DNA of 63,608 bases, filler included, from Diploschistes diacapsis (taxonomy: Eukaryota): assembly GCA_023645945.1 (NCBI GenBank). It is 11 parts of 11 records of this genome, joined end to end, with 100 filler letters (N's around TTAATTAATTAA, not from the genome) between each part and the next. Parts side by side here need not be neighbours in the genome. Positions count along the whole stretch, not along the records: positions 46,419 to 52,082 come from JALAIB010001500.1; positions 52,183 to 57,845 come from JALAIB010001501.1; positions 57,946 to 63,608 come from JALAIB010001502.1; 8 more parts are not named here. One strand, given 5' to 3'. Each line of letters opens with the position of its first letter. Position 1 is the first letter of the stretch. Shown here in pieces: positions 50,093 through 62,021 of this stretch. The notes beneath the pieces are model-generated. The model made no database searches. It was given only the letters and a program-made list of their open reading frames with translations, and was not told the DNA's origin. The translations under genes were made by a program, and so were the position numbers.

Positions 50093-50770
50093 ATGGTAAG
50101 TGCCATCTCGACTTGGGTCATCTGTGCGCCTCCGCCTCGTCCACCGCAGTTTCGCCCTTGCCCTGGAGCGATCAGTTTCAACCAGCAACCTCCTCCTGCT
50201 TCTCTCCCCTTTCATTACACTTTTCACCCCTTCCCACATCTCAATCCACACTCCTAGGCATCTCCAGCTAACCTCTCTCTCCCCCCTAGGCCACCGCCCT
50301 CAAATCTGTCAAGTCCCTCGTCCCCCTCCTCGACCGCATCCTGGTGCAGCGCGTCAAGGCTGAGGCAAAGACGGCCGGGGGCATCTTTCTGCCTGAGTCA
50401 AGCGTCAAGGAGCTCAACGAGGCGAAAGTGCTGGCCGTCGGCCCTGGTGCTCTGGATAAGGAAGGCAAGAGGATAGCGATGAGCGTTGCAGCGGGGGATA
50501 GGGTTTTGATTCCGCAAGTAGGTTTAAGTCTTCTTCTTGAACTTTGAAGGGGGGAAGTTGTTGCTTGATGATGATATGAGGATGGTATGGGGGTTTTTGG
50601 AAATGGACGATGCTAACGATGGTTGCAGTATGGCGGTAGTCCGGTCAAGGTTGGTGAGGAAGAGTATGCGCTATTCAGGGACCATGAGTAAGTTTCCCGC
50701 TTCATCGTCCTCAGCAACCTGCCGTACTGACATATTGTCCTGCAGACTCCTTGCCAAGATCCAGGAGTAG
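50093..50770 (+). CDS. HSP10: Mitochondrial 10 kDa chaperonin, 4 exons (first coding exon is the ATG only)
   Basis: ATG|gtaagt..ctaac..tag|ATALKSVKSLVPLLDRILVQRVKAEAKTAGGIFLPE...VLIPQ|YGGSPVKVGEEEY..FRDHE|LLAKIQE. Confidence 0.95.
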
Positions 50771-51379
50771 AGCATTCTCAGCCGGAGCGCTCCAGCCTAC
50801 CAATTCCCGAAGCTCGAGAATTTCTGTATCATATGTACCCATAATGTGTCAAGCGGGGGAGGCGGAGAAAAATAGTGGGCAATTGGGGACGTTCCCAATT
50901 TCAGCAGCTACTCTTCTTGTAATTTCATAAGCGCGGTACATTTGCGTCTGCACTCAAGGAGGGTCTTTGGGGGAATTATGAGATTGTGGTCGGAGTGAGG
51001 AGGGCATTGTTCGATTTTAATCCAGATAATCTCCCCTCTATTGCTTTTTTTTTCGGCTTTGAAATTTAGATGGGTGTTATCTTTTGCTACATTATGCGTA
51101 GATTCTCAGTCCGCTATGAACGAAGCACGTCCATAACTCGGTTGTTCGCCAGCTGCTCGTCTTCTCAGTTCAATTTGGGGAATGTTTGCTTCCTCGTTTC
51201 TCTACCCAGTCTTCATACTATGTCCGAGCCTGCTTCTCTATTGCAATCCATTTGCGAGCATGCTCTCTTTCGCTCCCACGACTTATCCCTGAATTATCCC
51301 TTTCAACTTCCTCTCACCCCCTTTCCACCTTCGACCTCATCCCCTATCTCTGTCCCTCACTCCTTCCATCGCCTTCCCT

Positions 51380-52082
51380 CTATCCCGTCTCCTTCATCTC
51401 TGTCGTAGGTGCCGCTGCAGCTCCTTCAGGTATGATCGCGGGTAATACGAAAAACACCATCAGGCACGGCTCCGTCTCGGAGTGGTTCTTCCAGTCATGC
51501 ATCGTGCCCCTATGGATCAGGATGTCGCCCTGTTTGAGGAAGCGGGACTCGCCGGAGTCGAGGATCAGCTCGACTAAATATACAGTTATCATGATGCAAT
51601 CAGCGTCGGGCCAGGTTCTTGATGGTGAGTTTCTTTAAGGGGGGATGATGTGGTGGAGGGTCCAATCCGCTTTCCACTTCTGCTGCGACTCTTGCAGGCT
51701 TCTTCGCTCCCTTCCCTCCTCTTTGCTACCCTCCCATCATTCCATTTGCACGCCCTATCCCATACCCAACGCCCCTCTCGAGCGATGCACAAATTCCAAA
51801 GAAAAACCAACCGCAAAAACAAAAAATAGAAAAAGCACCTACTCTCCCCCGAAACACATACCCCCAAATCCACCGTCCTGGTCCTATGCATCCCCGCCGC
51901 CGCCGCCCCGCCCTTGTCATCCGCCATCCCGTGCCCCGGCGGCGTCACGATCGTCGCAACCGCGCACCCGCCCGGCTTGGGACTCTTGCTCAGGTTCGTC
52001 TCATGCGCGGCTATGTCTGCTTCGTCCTGGAAGGGGATGCGGCCGTCTTGTAGGATGGTGGGGGGGACGCTGTAGATTATGG
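51380..52082 (-). CDS. Cupin-domain protein, 5' truncated; intron 51574-51842
   Basis: MHRTRTVDLGVCVSGE|IELILDSGE..LKQGDILIHRGTMHDWKN cupin signature. Confidence 0.85.
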
Positions 52083-52798
52083 NNNNNNNNNNNNNNNNNN
52101 NNNNNNNNNNNNNNNNNNNNNNNNNNTTAATTAATTAANNNNNNNNNNNNNNNNNNNNNNNNNNNNNNNNNNNNNNNNNNNNACCTTCGGAAGTTCTCTG
52201 CATAGATGCAGAGTTCTGTGGAACAGCTTCTTCGTACCTTACTTTACTTTGCTGGTGGTGCTGGATTGGGGGGGGGGGGGGAACTGGACTCTCTTCTTCT
52301 GATAGACTAGTGCTGACTCCGAACCTTATTCCTGCATGGATTAGTCAGAGGGTGCGCCAAAAAAAAAAGAATCATCAAGAGCCTAATGAGAAATGGATAG
52401 ACACTAGTCGGAATTTTCTCTCACGTTGGTGGACCTTGGTTCTGTTGGGAAATCGATGAGGTATCTACGAGACTAGATCCCTGTTCCCTAGATGAACAGT
52501 TGGCGATCAATAATCGCTTCGACTGTGGATGATAGCAAAAGGGGCGCCAGGTTGATGTTCACTTTGTAACTGTATAACACATATAGCTATAATACGTAGG
52601 CAGTCTAGCATTTGCCGACTGTCCCCAGGTGGCCGTCAACGTTGCCTCTATGTAGAAAGAACAGGCTCCTTGTCTCGCAGTGTGAGCATGGGATATAGGG
52701 TAAGCACGAGAAGGTTGTTGGTGCACAAAGTTCGTCGTAAGGGGGTATCATAAGGAAACATCAGTAAAGACCTTTGGGGACTTTTGTCCCAACGATTT

Positions 52799-54080
52799 TC
52801 ATAACGCCGCACCGATTGCTGGTCCAGAGGGGGACTGGCACGTCGAATTCGTTTCCTTTGCCCCCTCCTGCTCCTCAAATGTGACTTCGATATCCATGCT
52901 CTTTATGATCCCGCATCCTTCCTGCACTGCACGGCAAGTGTTTGAGTCGGTTCCCTGGAGGATGTACATCTCGTCTTCACTGGCATCGCTCGCTCGCTCC
53001 CTACCCCCGTTCAAGCGCTTTCCAATAGTATCCATCGGAACAGAACCCAGATGCCCAGAAAACCGAGAGCGTCGTGAAGGGTGAGATCGTACAGGCGAGC
53101 GCGGACCGTAGTCACCGTAATAGTCAGCAGGGGATATGGTCCGAGCCGTAGCCTCGCTGAAGAGGCGGGGGAAGAGAGCTTGCAGGGGAGCCTTGAGCAC
53201 GGGAATACAGGCGCAGATGATCGCCGTGTTCATCTCGGCCGCGGACCATAGACTCGACTGGCCAATTTCCCACGAGGGATCTGTACTCTGGATGCTGACA
53301 TTCAGTGCAAAGATGCGGACGATGCTGGTTGCCGTCGCAATGGTGCCAACGGCGAAGACAAAGCAGAGGATGATTCGCTGGCGCATGGGTAGATGGAGAG
53401 CCTTGATGATAGGTACAGGTAGCAGCATGATTGCCACATCGGTAGCGATGTTGAAGCCGGCGTTAACAAAGAAGAAGGTCACGGTGTCGATGCAAGTTCC
53501 AGGAACGGTCTTTTCCCACGATTTCCGGACGGGTGTGCACTCGAATATCGTGGCGAGGAGGGCCGCAGTGTAGTACGAAAGGATCAGTCCGACCAGGCCG
53601 TAAAGCGCAATCCTGAACGATCGACCTGCGCGTTCGAAGAGGCGACGATACAAAAGACATATGGAAAGCTTCGTGAGTGGGATCACAAGCTTATAGATAA
53701 TCTGAGCAATCCAAAAACCCTAGACACAGTGGGCTTGCTGTCCGTGACCCGGCCTCATATCTTGCTTACCAACGACATCCCCGGAGCATGAGCCTGTGAT
53801 GGGGTTAAGTCCGCCCTGTGTCTTCCATATCCCCATTGATAGACAGCTGAGTAATAATCAGTACAGGCCCGAGCATCACAAGAAGTAGCATACAGATACA
53901 GTCCACCGCAGAATGGCCCAGCGAGAGGACGACCGCGGCGATGATAAGGGCATCATCCCAACCGAAAGCTTGAGATTTGACACGGTGGAAGGTCCTGGTA
54001 GCGACAAGAATGATGGCCAACGACACTAAAGACAGTGACACTCCAACGATAGAGGGACCGGCATCGGGAAAGCTCGACAT
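52799..54080 (-). CDS. PTH11-like (rhodopsin-domain) integral membrane protein, 3 exons
   Basis: FGWDDALI, KLSICLLYRRLF, IFECTPVRKSW, NIATDVAIMLLP, WSAAEMNTAIICACIP; no CFEM domain. Confidence 0.9.
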
Positions 54081-56304
54081 CTTCAACGAGAAACAGACGG
54101 GCGAGCAGAGTCTTCAAGACTCTGAAAGTGAAGAGGCTCCAATGTGAATAGCAGAGGCAAGGTTGAGGCCTCACTTGGAAGTTGTAAATTACAAGCTAGA
54201 TATACGTAGAAGACCAAAGGAAGAATATTATTGTTGAGCGAGATAGATGAAAGAAATTGAAATGCATGCCGAATATGAAATTCTTGTAATCCCCCTCCCC
54301 TGGTTGCTCTGCTGGTTGGCTCCCAAGTCATAAGGGCAGCAACCTTCCTGCAAGAATGTGAAAGAGAGGTGAAGCATGTGCATGAAACTACAGACCATCA
54401 GAGAATCACCTGGATTCTCGTGCAACATGATTTTCACCTTCTTTATGGCGTATGTTGGGATTTTCTTGAGACGATAGCTCGAACAGCAGAACCCGGTCCG
54501 AGCAATGTCCTTTCGAACATGTTAACATTATTATTCCCATCCATCCATCAATCAATCAGCACCAGCAGAAGAGGCAGATAAAATAACACGAAGCTGCAAA
54601 AAAAGACAAGGCCGTCGTCTGTGCCTATGGCCTATGCTAGACGTAGACGCGATCGAATAATAAATGGCATCGCAGATCCTCGGACGGGGCCCCTTTTGCC
54701 CTTTGCCTTTGGGGAGCAGCGAACGGGATCTGCTGCAAGGGTTCCGCAGCCACACAAAAAGCCAACGACAACAACAACAACTGTATGGCAAACCTCGTAC
54801 ATGGTACATATCATGGTCATGAGGGAAGGGGCGCATGCTTTATTGCGATAGATGTTAAAAGCCCTACAACTAGACTACGTTTTTCTTGTTCTCTGGATGG
54901 CCATAGCCTAAAAGGTGCACAACACGATGTGCCCGGTAATTGCAAGAACCATTGCAGTGCTATCGCAGAGCAGGCATAGAATAACCAGCTTCTACGAGGT
55001 CCCCCGCATGTGACTCATGAGCGACCCCTTGGCAGATATTGTTTGTCTTGTAAAGTGCTGCAGACAGCCGTGTCTGCAGCACTGCGTTATGTTGAGGTGT
55101 GCACCTCGAGACATAGAAGAGAACGATAGGTTGATCCGGCTCCCGTAAAGCTCAAAGGTGTAAACGGACCCAAACTTCCCTTGACTTGAATGCTAAAGGA
55201 CTGGCCCAAGGCAACGAAGCTCTCTGCCTCGGAGTTACGGCTCTTGAATGCAGTCCTGCATTGCAGAATGCGAACAGGCCTAAGGACTCCGGGCATTATT
55301 CATCCAGTTGCTGTCGATCCGTCTTGCTTTTGGTTGAGAACGGGAGCTAGTCATCGGCGGAAAATCCACCCTCAGGAGTCCTTCTGTGAGTAGCTATGTC
55401 CACGGGTATAGTTCTATGCTCGAAGTCGGCCAAGTTCGTGGTGGTAGCTCGTAGAGAAGCAATGCCTTTGGTAACCTTTCTATGCCATTTGAAGCTCTTT
55501 CCCTGATACGACTTGTGTCTGAAGGCATGGTTGTGTCAGTAGAATCGAACTGCCAAGAGGAAAATAAGGTTTGCCCATGATGGAGCCATGCCTCGAAACG
55601 GCGAAAATACAGCGATCACGTAACTTACCGCTCGTTCGGTGTTGCTCGCTCAAGAGTCAAGAACTGATACTCGTTGCTTCTCTAAATCAAAGGAGATCAT
55701 AAAAGGTCCATTCAAAATCCTTGGGGCTCTGCCATTGCGACTCTCACTGTAAGCAAATCGGAGTAAGAAGTATATAGTACAGTGGGGTCTTGTCTCGCTT
55801 AGATCTACAATGGCAGAGCCGCCTATAAAAGCCTCGCTAAACAATATAAAGCAACCTGAGGCAAATACAAGTCTTTACTCCACACACGCTCAAACCTTCC
55901 TGATTTCGTATACCTGTATAGCCCGTCTTTGTGCTCCAGCAGTCCAGCTATTGAAGCTTCGACTCGGCATCTACCGACGTACCTTTGGGGCTCTACGAGT
56001 ACTGACCTGCCGTGGAGCAAGCCATTACCACATACTAAAATGTCAGTAGTGCAATGCGTAGCCATGCAGCTATGGCACGATGCACATGGCCATGTTCAAG
56101 CGATGTCTGGGTGCTCTCCTAATGATCCTGTAGATCTAAGGTGGTATGTCCCATCTTCTTGGCTTCTCTGTTCTCTCAATAGTTGCTCGTTCGTTTGTTC
56201 TTCGCATTCTATACCCAACCTATCCTAGAGATACGGTTGACTGTGTTATTATCATTGCGTCATTGCGTCGCGCGAAGACACTTGGTGAGTCGGCAGGTGG
56301 AACA

Positions 56305-57845
56305 ATGGCGAGCACACTCAGCAAAGCCTACCCCACGGCGGTAGAAGAGACGACGGTGCAAGAGAAGCTCTACCTGAGCGATGGCTCCATTTCCTCGCGC
56401 GACGGGCGCAACAGCGTGCCCATCGCCAAGGAAATGGAGCGCAAGATCATAATGAAGACGGACTTACACGTCCTGCCCATACTGTTCCTTCTCTTTCTCG
56501 TCTCCTTCGTCGACCGGACCAACATCGGCAATGCGAAAATCGAGGGCCTGACGACGGGCCTGCACATGGTGGGCGACCAGTACAGCATCGCCGTCTTCGT
56601 TTTCAACATTCCCTACGTCTTACTTGACATACCCAGCAATCTACTCCTGCGGAGAGTGCGCCCAAACGTTATGCTCGGCACAATGATGTTCTGCTGGGGC
56701 AAGTCTTCATTACATCTCTGCGTCCGGCCTCAAACTGACAGCAACCAGGTCTCGCGACACTCGGCCAAGGCCTCACACAGTCCTACGGCGGTCTCATCGT
56801 CTGCCGCGCGATAATGGGCATCTGCGAAGCCGGCTTCGTCCCCGGCGCCGCCTTCCTGATTGGATCTTACTACAAGCGACACGAGTTCCAATTCCGCTAC
56901 TCCTTTTTCTTCTCCGCCGCCATCCTCGCCGGCGCCTTCTCCGGCTTCCTCGCCTACCTCCTCACCAAGCTCAACGGCGTGGGCGGCTACGCCGGCTGGC
57001 GCTGGATCTTCCTGATCGAGGGCATTCTGACCTGCCTGATCGCCTTCGCCTCCTTCTTCCTCATCGTCCCCTGGCCCGAGGCCTGCACCTTCTTCACGCC
57101 CGACGAGAAAGCCGTCTTTCTCGCCCGCCTCGAAGCAGACCGCCAGCTCGACAGCGGCGGCGGCAGCGGCAGCAGCAGCAGCAGCAACAACAACAACAAC
57201 ATGGGCCACGGCAACGGCGCCGCCGTGCTCGCCTGTCTGCGCGACTGGAAGCTCTGGCTGTTCATGCTGGCCTACTTCGGCGCCGACAACACGGCCTCCT
57301 CCTTCGCCAGCTTCCAGCCGACCATCGTGCAGGGGCTCGGCTACACGGCGTCGCAGGCCAACGTCTACACGATCCCCGTGTACATGGTGGCGCTGGTCCT
57401 GGCGCTGGGCACGGCGTACGCGTCCGACCGGCTGAAGACGCGCTATCCCTTCGCCCTGCTCGCCACCGCGCTCTCCGCCACGGGCTGGGCCGTCCAGCGC
57501 TCGCAGGCGGGCGGCCCGCGCCTGCAGTACTTCTCGCTCTTCCTGACGCTGGGCGGCACCTACGTCCTGATGCCCGTGCTGGTCGTCTGGCTGAGCAACA
57601 ACGTCGGCGCCGGCTCGCGCCTCAGCCGCGGCTTCGCCACCGCCATGCAGATCGGCTTCGGCAACTGCGCCAACTTCGTGAGCAGCAACGTCTTCCTGCC
57701 GCAGCAGGCCCCCAGATACGTGACCGCCTACGGCGTCGGGCTGGGCTTGCAGGCCATGAGCATGCTGTGCTGCACGCTGCTGGCCGCGGGGATGTGGAGG
57801 GAGAACCGGAGGCGGGATAGACTGGCGAGGGAGAGGGGTGGGGAG
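56305..57845 (+). CDS. MFS transporter, anion:cation symporter (Dal5/Tna1-like) family, 3' truncated; GC-AG intron 56699-56748
   Basis: DRTNIGNAKI, GICEAGFVPG, AGAFSGFLAY, GWRWIFLIEG, RENRRRD. Confidence 0.92.
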
Positions 57846-57957
57846 NNNNNNNNNNNNNNNNNNNNNNNNNNNNNNNNNNNNNNNNNNNNTTAATTAATTA
57901 ANNNNNNNNNNNNNNNNNNNNNNNNNNNNNNNNNNNNNNNNNNNNAACATAGATACT

Positions 57958-58016
57958 GTTACGGCCGTGTCCGTGGTATGGACACGGCCGTGTCAGTGTC
58001 CGTGACGGCCAGCCTA
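57958..58016. mobile_element. Probable DNA-transposon end (hAT-like) with subterminal repeats
   Basis: Reverse complement starts TAGGCTGGCCGTCACGGACAC; repeated ACGGCC/GTGTC units include a perfect 12-bp inverted repeat ACGGCCGTGTCC..GGACACGGCCGT. Confidence 0.45.
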
Positions 58017-58065
58017 TATTATACGAGATAGTTATTATTAAAAAAGATCGAATGTAAGATGAAAA

Positions 58066-58120
58066 TAGTGATTTAAGGCGGCTGGAATCTGGGAGTGGCC
58101 GGAATCCCCGTGAAACACGT
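58066..58120. mobile_element. Isolated Fot1/pogo-type TIR
   Basis: TAGTGATTTAAGGCGGCTGGAATCTGGGAGTGGCCGGAATCCCCGTGAAACACGT followed by TA; similar to 58442-58496 in the same orientation. Confidence 0.7.
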
Positions 58121-58127
58121 TATATTT

Positions 58128-58496
58128 AAATCGACGCATATTAAGTTTATAACGTTTCGTAAAAAAAACCGAGAGTAAAAACCGTTTCTTAATAATCGTA
58201 AGAAACGTCAATTAGGTAAACGAATCGAATTAAAAGGTCGTTTTATGTTTAATATAGACGAAATTCTTAAAATAATAATTCGGGTTAAATGGAGTCGGAT
58301 AATTTCGAAACGATCTATAACGCGTAAAAAACGTCGTCGCGTTTCTAAAATCGAGAAGAAAAAAATTTAGATTTAATTTAGATCGATTAGATTCTAATTA
58401 CGACGAATAGGTTGTATTTAAAAACCGTAGAATGTTGGCGGTAGTGATTTGAGGTGGCTGAGTTTTGGGGGTGGCCGAGCTGACCGTGAAACACGT
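58128..58496 (+). mobile_element. 3' end of a mutated pogo/Fot1-type transposon (transposase C-terminus plus right TIR)
   Basis: Frame reads ITFRKKNRE*KPFLNNRKKRQLGKRIELKGRFMFNIDEIL, resembling the GKRxxLKGxFVFST C-terminal motif of fungal pogo transposases; TIR ends GTGAAACACGT-TA. Confidence 0.75.
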
Positions 58497-58898
58497 TAAT
58501 TAAAGAATAAATTAGCACCCCTTACCGTGCATAAAATTTAACGGAAAATTCAACCGGAACAAGGCTTAAGGTCTAAAGCCGGCGAAGCCTGGCGCATTCG
58601 CTATAAATCCAGGTCCTAAAATAACATCTACATTATAATGGCAGTCAGATGCCATAAGGGGTTCCATCACGCTTATCTACTTTAGGCCCGACGGTGACGC
58701 TAGATCTACGGGGTGATGAGCCTTGCGTATACATAAAAGATATAATAATTATATACTTTTGCTGGTGGCTTTAAGAACAAGAAATCTTACGAGGTACAAT
58801 TTATATTCAAACATATTATAAACCTTTATTTATAGACGGGCAGCAGCAGAGACATCCACCTATGCAATGCAGTCTTCCGTACCATCAGTATCCCAGAA

Positions 58899-59352
58899 AT
58901 GACAAGTACGCAGTCTTCCACGGAAGTTTTCTCGACTGCTACCTCTCGAAATCCGGTGCCGCTTTCTGCCGCTCAAGAATCCCAAGTTGTAGAGCTTTAT
59001 CACAAGCGGGTCCGGGCTAAATGCGCGGAGGAAATACGAGGTATTTACGAAGTCTCTGTAACCATTCATTTCCAGCTCTTCAACTAATATTTTGCTAGAT
59101 TTCGCGGCGTGTGCGCACAGTCGCACATTTAGTGCAGCCTGGCAATGCCGCCGCCAACGCCTAGCCATGAACTCGTGCATGGTAGTGCACGCGACTCCGG
59201 ATGAGCAGGACGCTGCGCGTGAGGAATGGTTTGCTACGAAAGAGAAGCGGGCCCAGGAACGGGAGGAAAAGGCCAAGAAGCGGAGTCAGCAAGAGAAAGA
59301 CCACCGAGAGTGGTGGGGATTACCGCCGAAGGAGGGAGACAAGATCGAGTAA
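58899..59352 (+). CDS. CMC1: Twin CX9C cytochrome c oxidase biogenesis protein Cmc1-like; intron 59041-59098
   Basis: RNPVPLSAAQE..RVRAKCAEEIRDFAAC...WQCRRQRLAMNSC..EQDAAREEWF. Confidence 0.85.
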
Positions 59353-59561
59353 AGAAGCTAGCGAGGTTTAGTGAGTTCTACTGCCTCTAGGTTCTGTTGA
59401 TATATTACTTTCCTGAGCTGTGTCACAAGATCAACCATCAGCTATATTGAATGATCAGCCGATCATGGTCATATTCGTCTTGAGATTATTTGGAGTAACC
59501 ATAAACTCCGGCACATGCAACGCTAAGAGTAGACTTCACCATCCTCTCCTACAAAAGCAGC

Positions 59562-60284
59562 TCACTGGTCCTCCATTGCTTGATCTCCCTCGTCGCCTCC
59601 GAAGCTGTCACCGAAGAAGTCCTCCATTTTTTCGTCACCCTCGTCACCCTCCTTTTCGTCCATCATTACCTGATCAACCGCCTCGCTGCTAATCTGGTCA
59701 ACCTCCTCCTCTCCCTCACTTTCCCATTCGTCCTTCAGTCCGAAACTTGCGCCCGTGAATGTATACCGTTCTGGAGGCAAGCGTAGGGTCCAGTCCGGTG
59801 CGATTGGAGGAAGTGATACCTTATTCCGCTCGGCTGCCATTTCCTGAAGCTGTTCTTTGGGCAAGCCGGGTGTGAACTGATAATGCGTACGACTTCCCAC
59901 AGCAAGACGGAGTGAGGCCACGGTAACAGCATCATTGGCCTTGTTGGCCGCGGTACCGGAGGTGTTGTAAACATCCGAAGCAAAGTGGAGAGCATCCTGA
60001 AGTATAGATGAGGTGTGTCTGTAGGCAAAATCCATTAGTTGTAGTGGTACCCTCTCCTGATACGCCGTAACGCCCATGTTGGCAAGTAACATATGCAGTA
60101 TACGGCCATCGCGCGGTCGTCTACTCAGGCCTCCATCGTTCAGAGATACCGCTGGAAGGGACGGATCAGCAGAGGTTGCAGTTGTTGCAGGTTGTGAGGA
60201 TGGAGGTGTATCAGTTTGCACATTTGTGGGTTTCGGATGTTCTTGTAGTAAAGACTTGGGGCTGCCGCCGTCCATCTCTGCCAT
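59562..60284 (-). CDS. TAF9: TFIID/SAGA subunit TAF9
   Basis: RPRDGRILHMLLANMGVTAYQERVPLQLMDFAYRHTSSILQDA histone fold, RNKVSLP, RLPPER. Confidence 0.93.
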   Translation of the reverse strand: MAEMDGGSPKSLLQEHPKPTNVQTDTPPSSQPATTATSADPSLPAVSLNDGGLSRRPRDGRILHMLLANMGVTAYQERVPLQLMDFAYRHTSSILQDALHFASDVYNTSGTAANKANDAVTVASLRLAVGSRTHYQFTPGLPKEQLQEMAAERNKVSLPPIAPDWTLRLPPERYTFTGASFGLKDEWESEGEEEVDQISSEAVDQVMMDEKEGDEGDEKMEDFFGDSFGGDEGDQAMEDQ

Positions 60285-60584
60285 ATTCGGTGCAATGCCA
60301 AGTCCAGCCAGATTTTCTTATTTGCACCTATAGCAATCATGTCAGGCAAAGTAAAAGAATAAAGTGCAGCGAATTGAATCGATAAATCATGTGACAGTTG
60401 CTGTTCATTTGCATGGCCACTGGTAATAGTTGTTCCGCTCCGTTAGACTCTTCTGTTAGAAACCAGCTGGCACAGGTAACAGTTAAAACCCGTCGTGTAC
60501 AGCACAGTCTAAATCGACAACTTGATTGATCAACGTTACTACCACCGATGCCGTCTGTATGTCAACCTTTCTACTGCTATCGCA

Positions 60585-61691
60585 ATGGCAGAGCCAAAAA
60601 AGACCCCACTGCTGGATGACTTGCCTGATATAAAGACACTCAGTCATGCCCTTCATGCCTCTTGTGGCAGCATCTATCAAGCCGAAGCCAAGCTCTGGTC
60701 TCAAGAAGACTTGTTGAATCTGGATATAATCCCTCGCAATGACCTCAAAGTTCTAAACGAGTGCCTTAACAGGCTGGCTGGGCAAAGTCTCCTGAAGGTT
60801 CTACAAAAGGATGGCCGAGCTTACTGGAAATTTGTAAAGGAGGACGATGCCACGAGGTGAGTTTACACGCTGAGCAGATTCTGCATTTCTTTTTCAAATA
60901 TTTCTCGCTGAGAATGAAGCGTCCGGAATCTCACTTCGGACGAGCAAATCATCTACGGCCATATTGCGACCGCTGGACGCGATGGTATCTGGCAAAAAGC
61001 AATACGAACTCGAAGCAATCTGCACGAGGCCGTGTGCAAACGCTGTTTGAAGACTCTAGAAAGCAAGCGCTTGATCAAGTCGTTTCACAACACAAAGCAG
61101 CCCAAATCCAAGTTCTATCTCCTCTTCAACCTGCAACCTTCTGATAACGTGACTGGAGGACTATTCTTCCAGAATGGTGAACGGGATAATGAATTCCTGT
61201 ATCATGTGTCACAGTTGGCTGAAAGGTTCATCCAACGGAAAAGTTGGTGTCGTTCCGCGGCCAAAGATGTAGCTAAAAGGCGGCCGGACCAGCTGCCAAA
61301 GGAAGAGGCAGAAGCAATTCGTGCCGAGGGACTCGACGATCGAAAGCCGCCTACCAAATGGTTGCCTATGCCTCCAAGCTACGATGGGTATCCCACGCTT
61401 TCGGAAATCACCAAGGATATTAACAAGTCTGGTCTCTTCACCGTGACAATGAAAGAAGTAGAGGTAGAAAAAGTTATTGATTTACTATGTTGGGATGGTC
61501 GGATTGAGAGGATCAGGGATGGAACGGCCTATAAAACCATTCTATCTGCACCGGCAAGCAGCGAGGCTGGTAGAGACACTGACCGAGGCGAAGCGCCCTG
61601 TCTTCGTTGCCCCGTATTCGACTTCTGCGATGAAAGCGGTCCTGTAAACGCGCGGTCCTGCAAGTACTTCGCGGACTGGTTGGCATTGTAA
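60585..61691 (+). CDS. RPC34: RNA polymerase III subunit C34/RPC6; intron about 60857-60919
   Basis: AGRDGIWQKAIRTRSNLH, LKTLESKRLIK, LQPSDNVTGG, YPTLSEI, C-terminal PCLRCPVFDFC..C. Confidence 0.9.
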
Positions 61692-62021
61692 GAACGTTGG
61701 GAGCATTACGGACTCTCTAGGCTGCCAGGCCAAGTATAGGGACAGAGGCATTTGGGGTATTTGGGCATCTGGGGCCTTTAGTTCAGAAGTTTGAGAAGCT
61801 TTGCTTCTGCGCACATGTCTAGGGGAAAGGACGCATATTTGATCTGTGGAGGCGATTTTGAACTCTAAAACAGAGGACTCGGTTGCTGCTTTACGATGCC
61901 AACTTCACGTCTCTTCTGGGATTGGTTTGATCTGTATATTGAAAACAGGAAGCGCTTTTCGGCTGCTTTGTTTTCCAATCATTTTCAGCAAACGTTGGGT
62001 AGTGGATTCTGGATTTTGATA

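Noticed and set aside
50096..50628. Intronic snoRNA in the longer HSP10 introns
   Set aside because: TGATGA is present in intron 2 but there is no downstream CTGA box or terminal stem.
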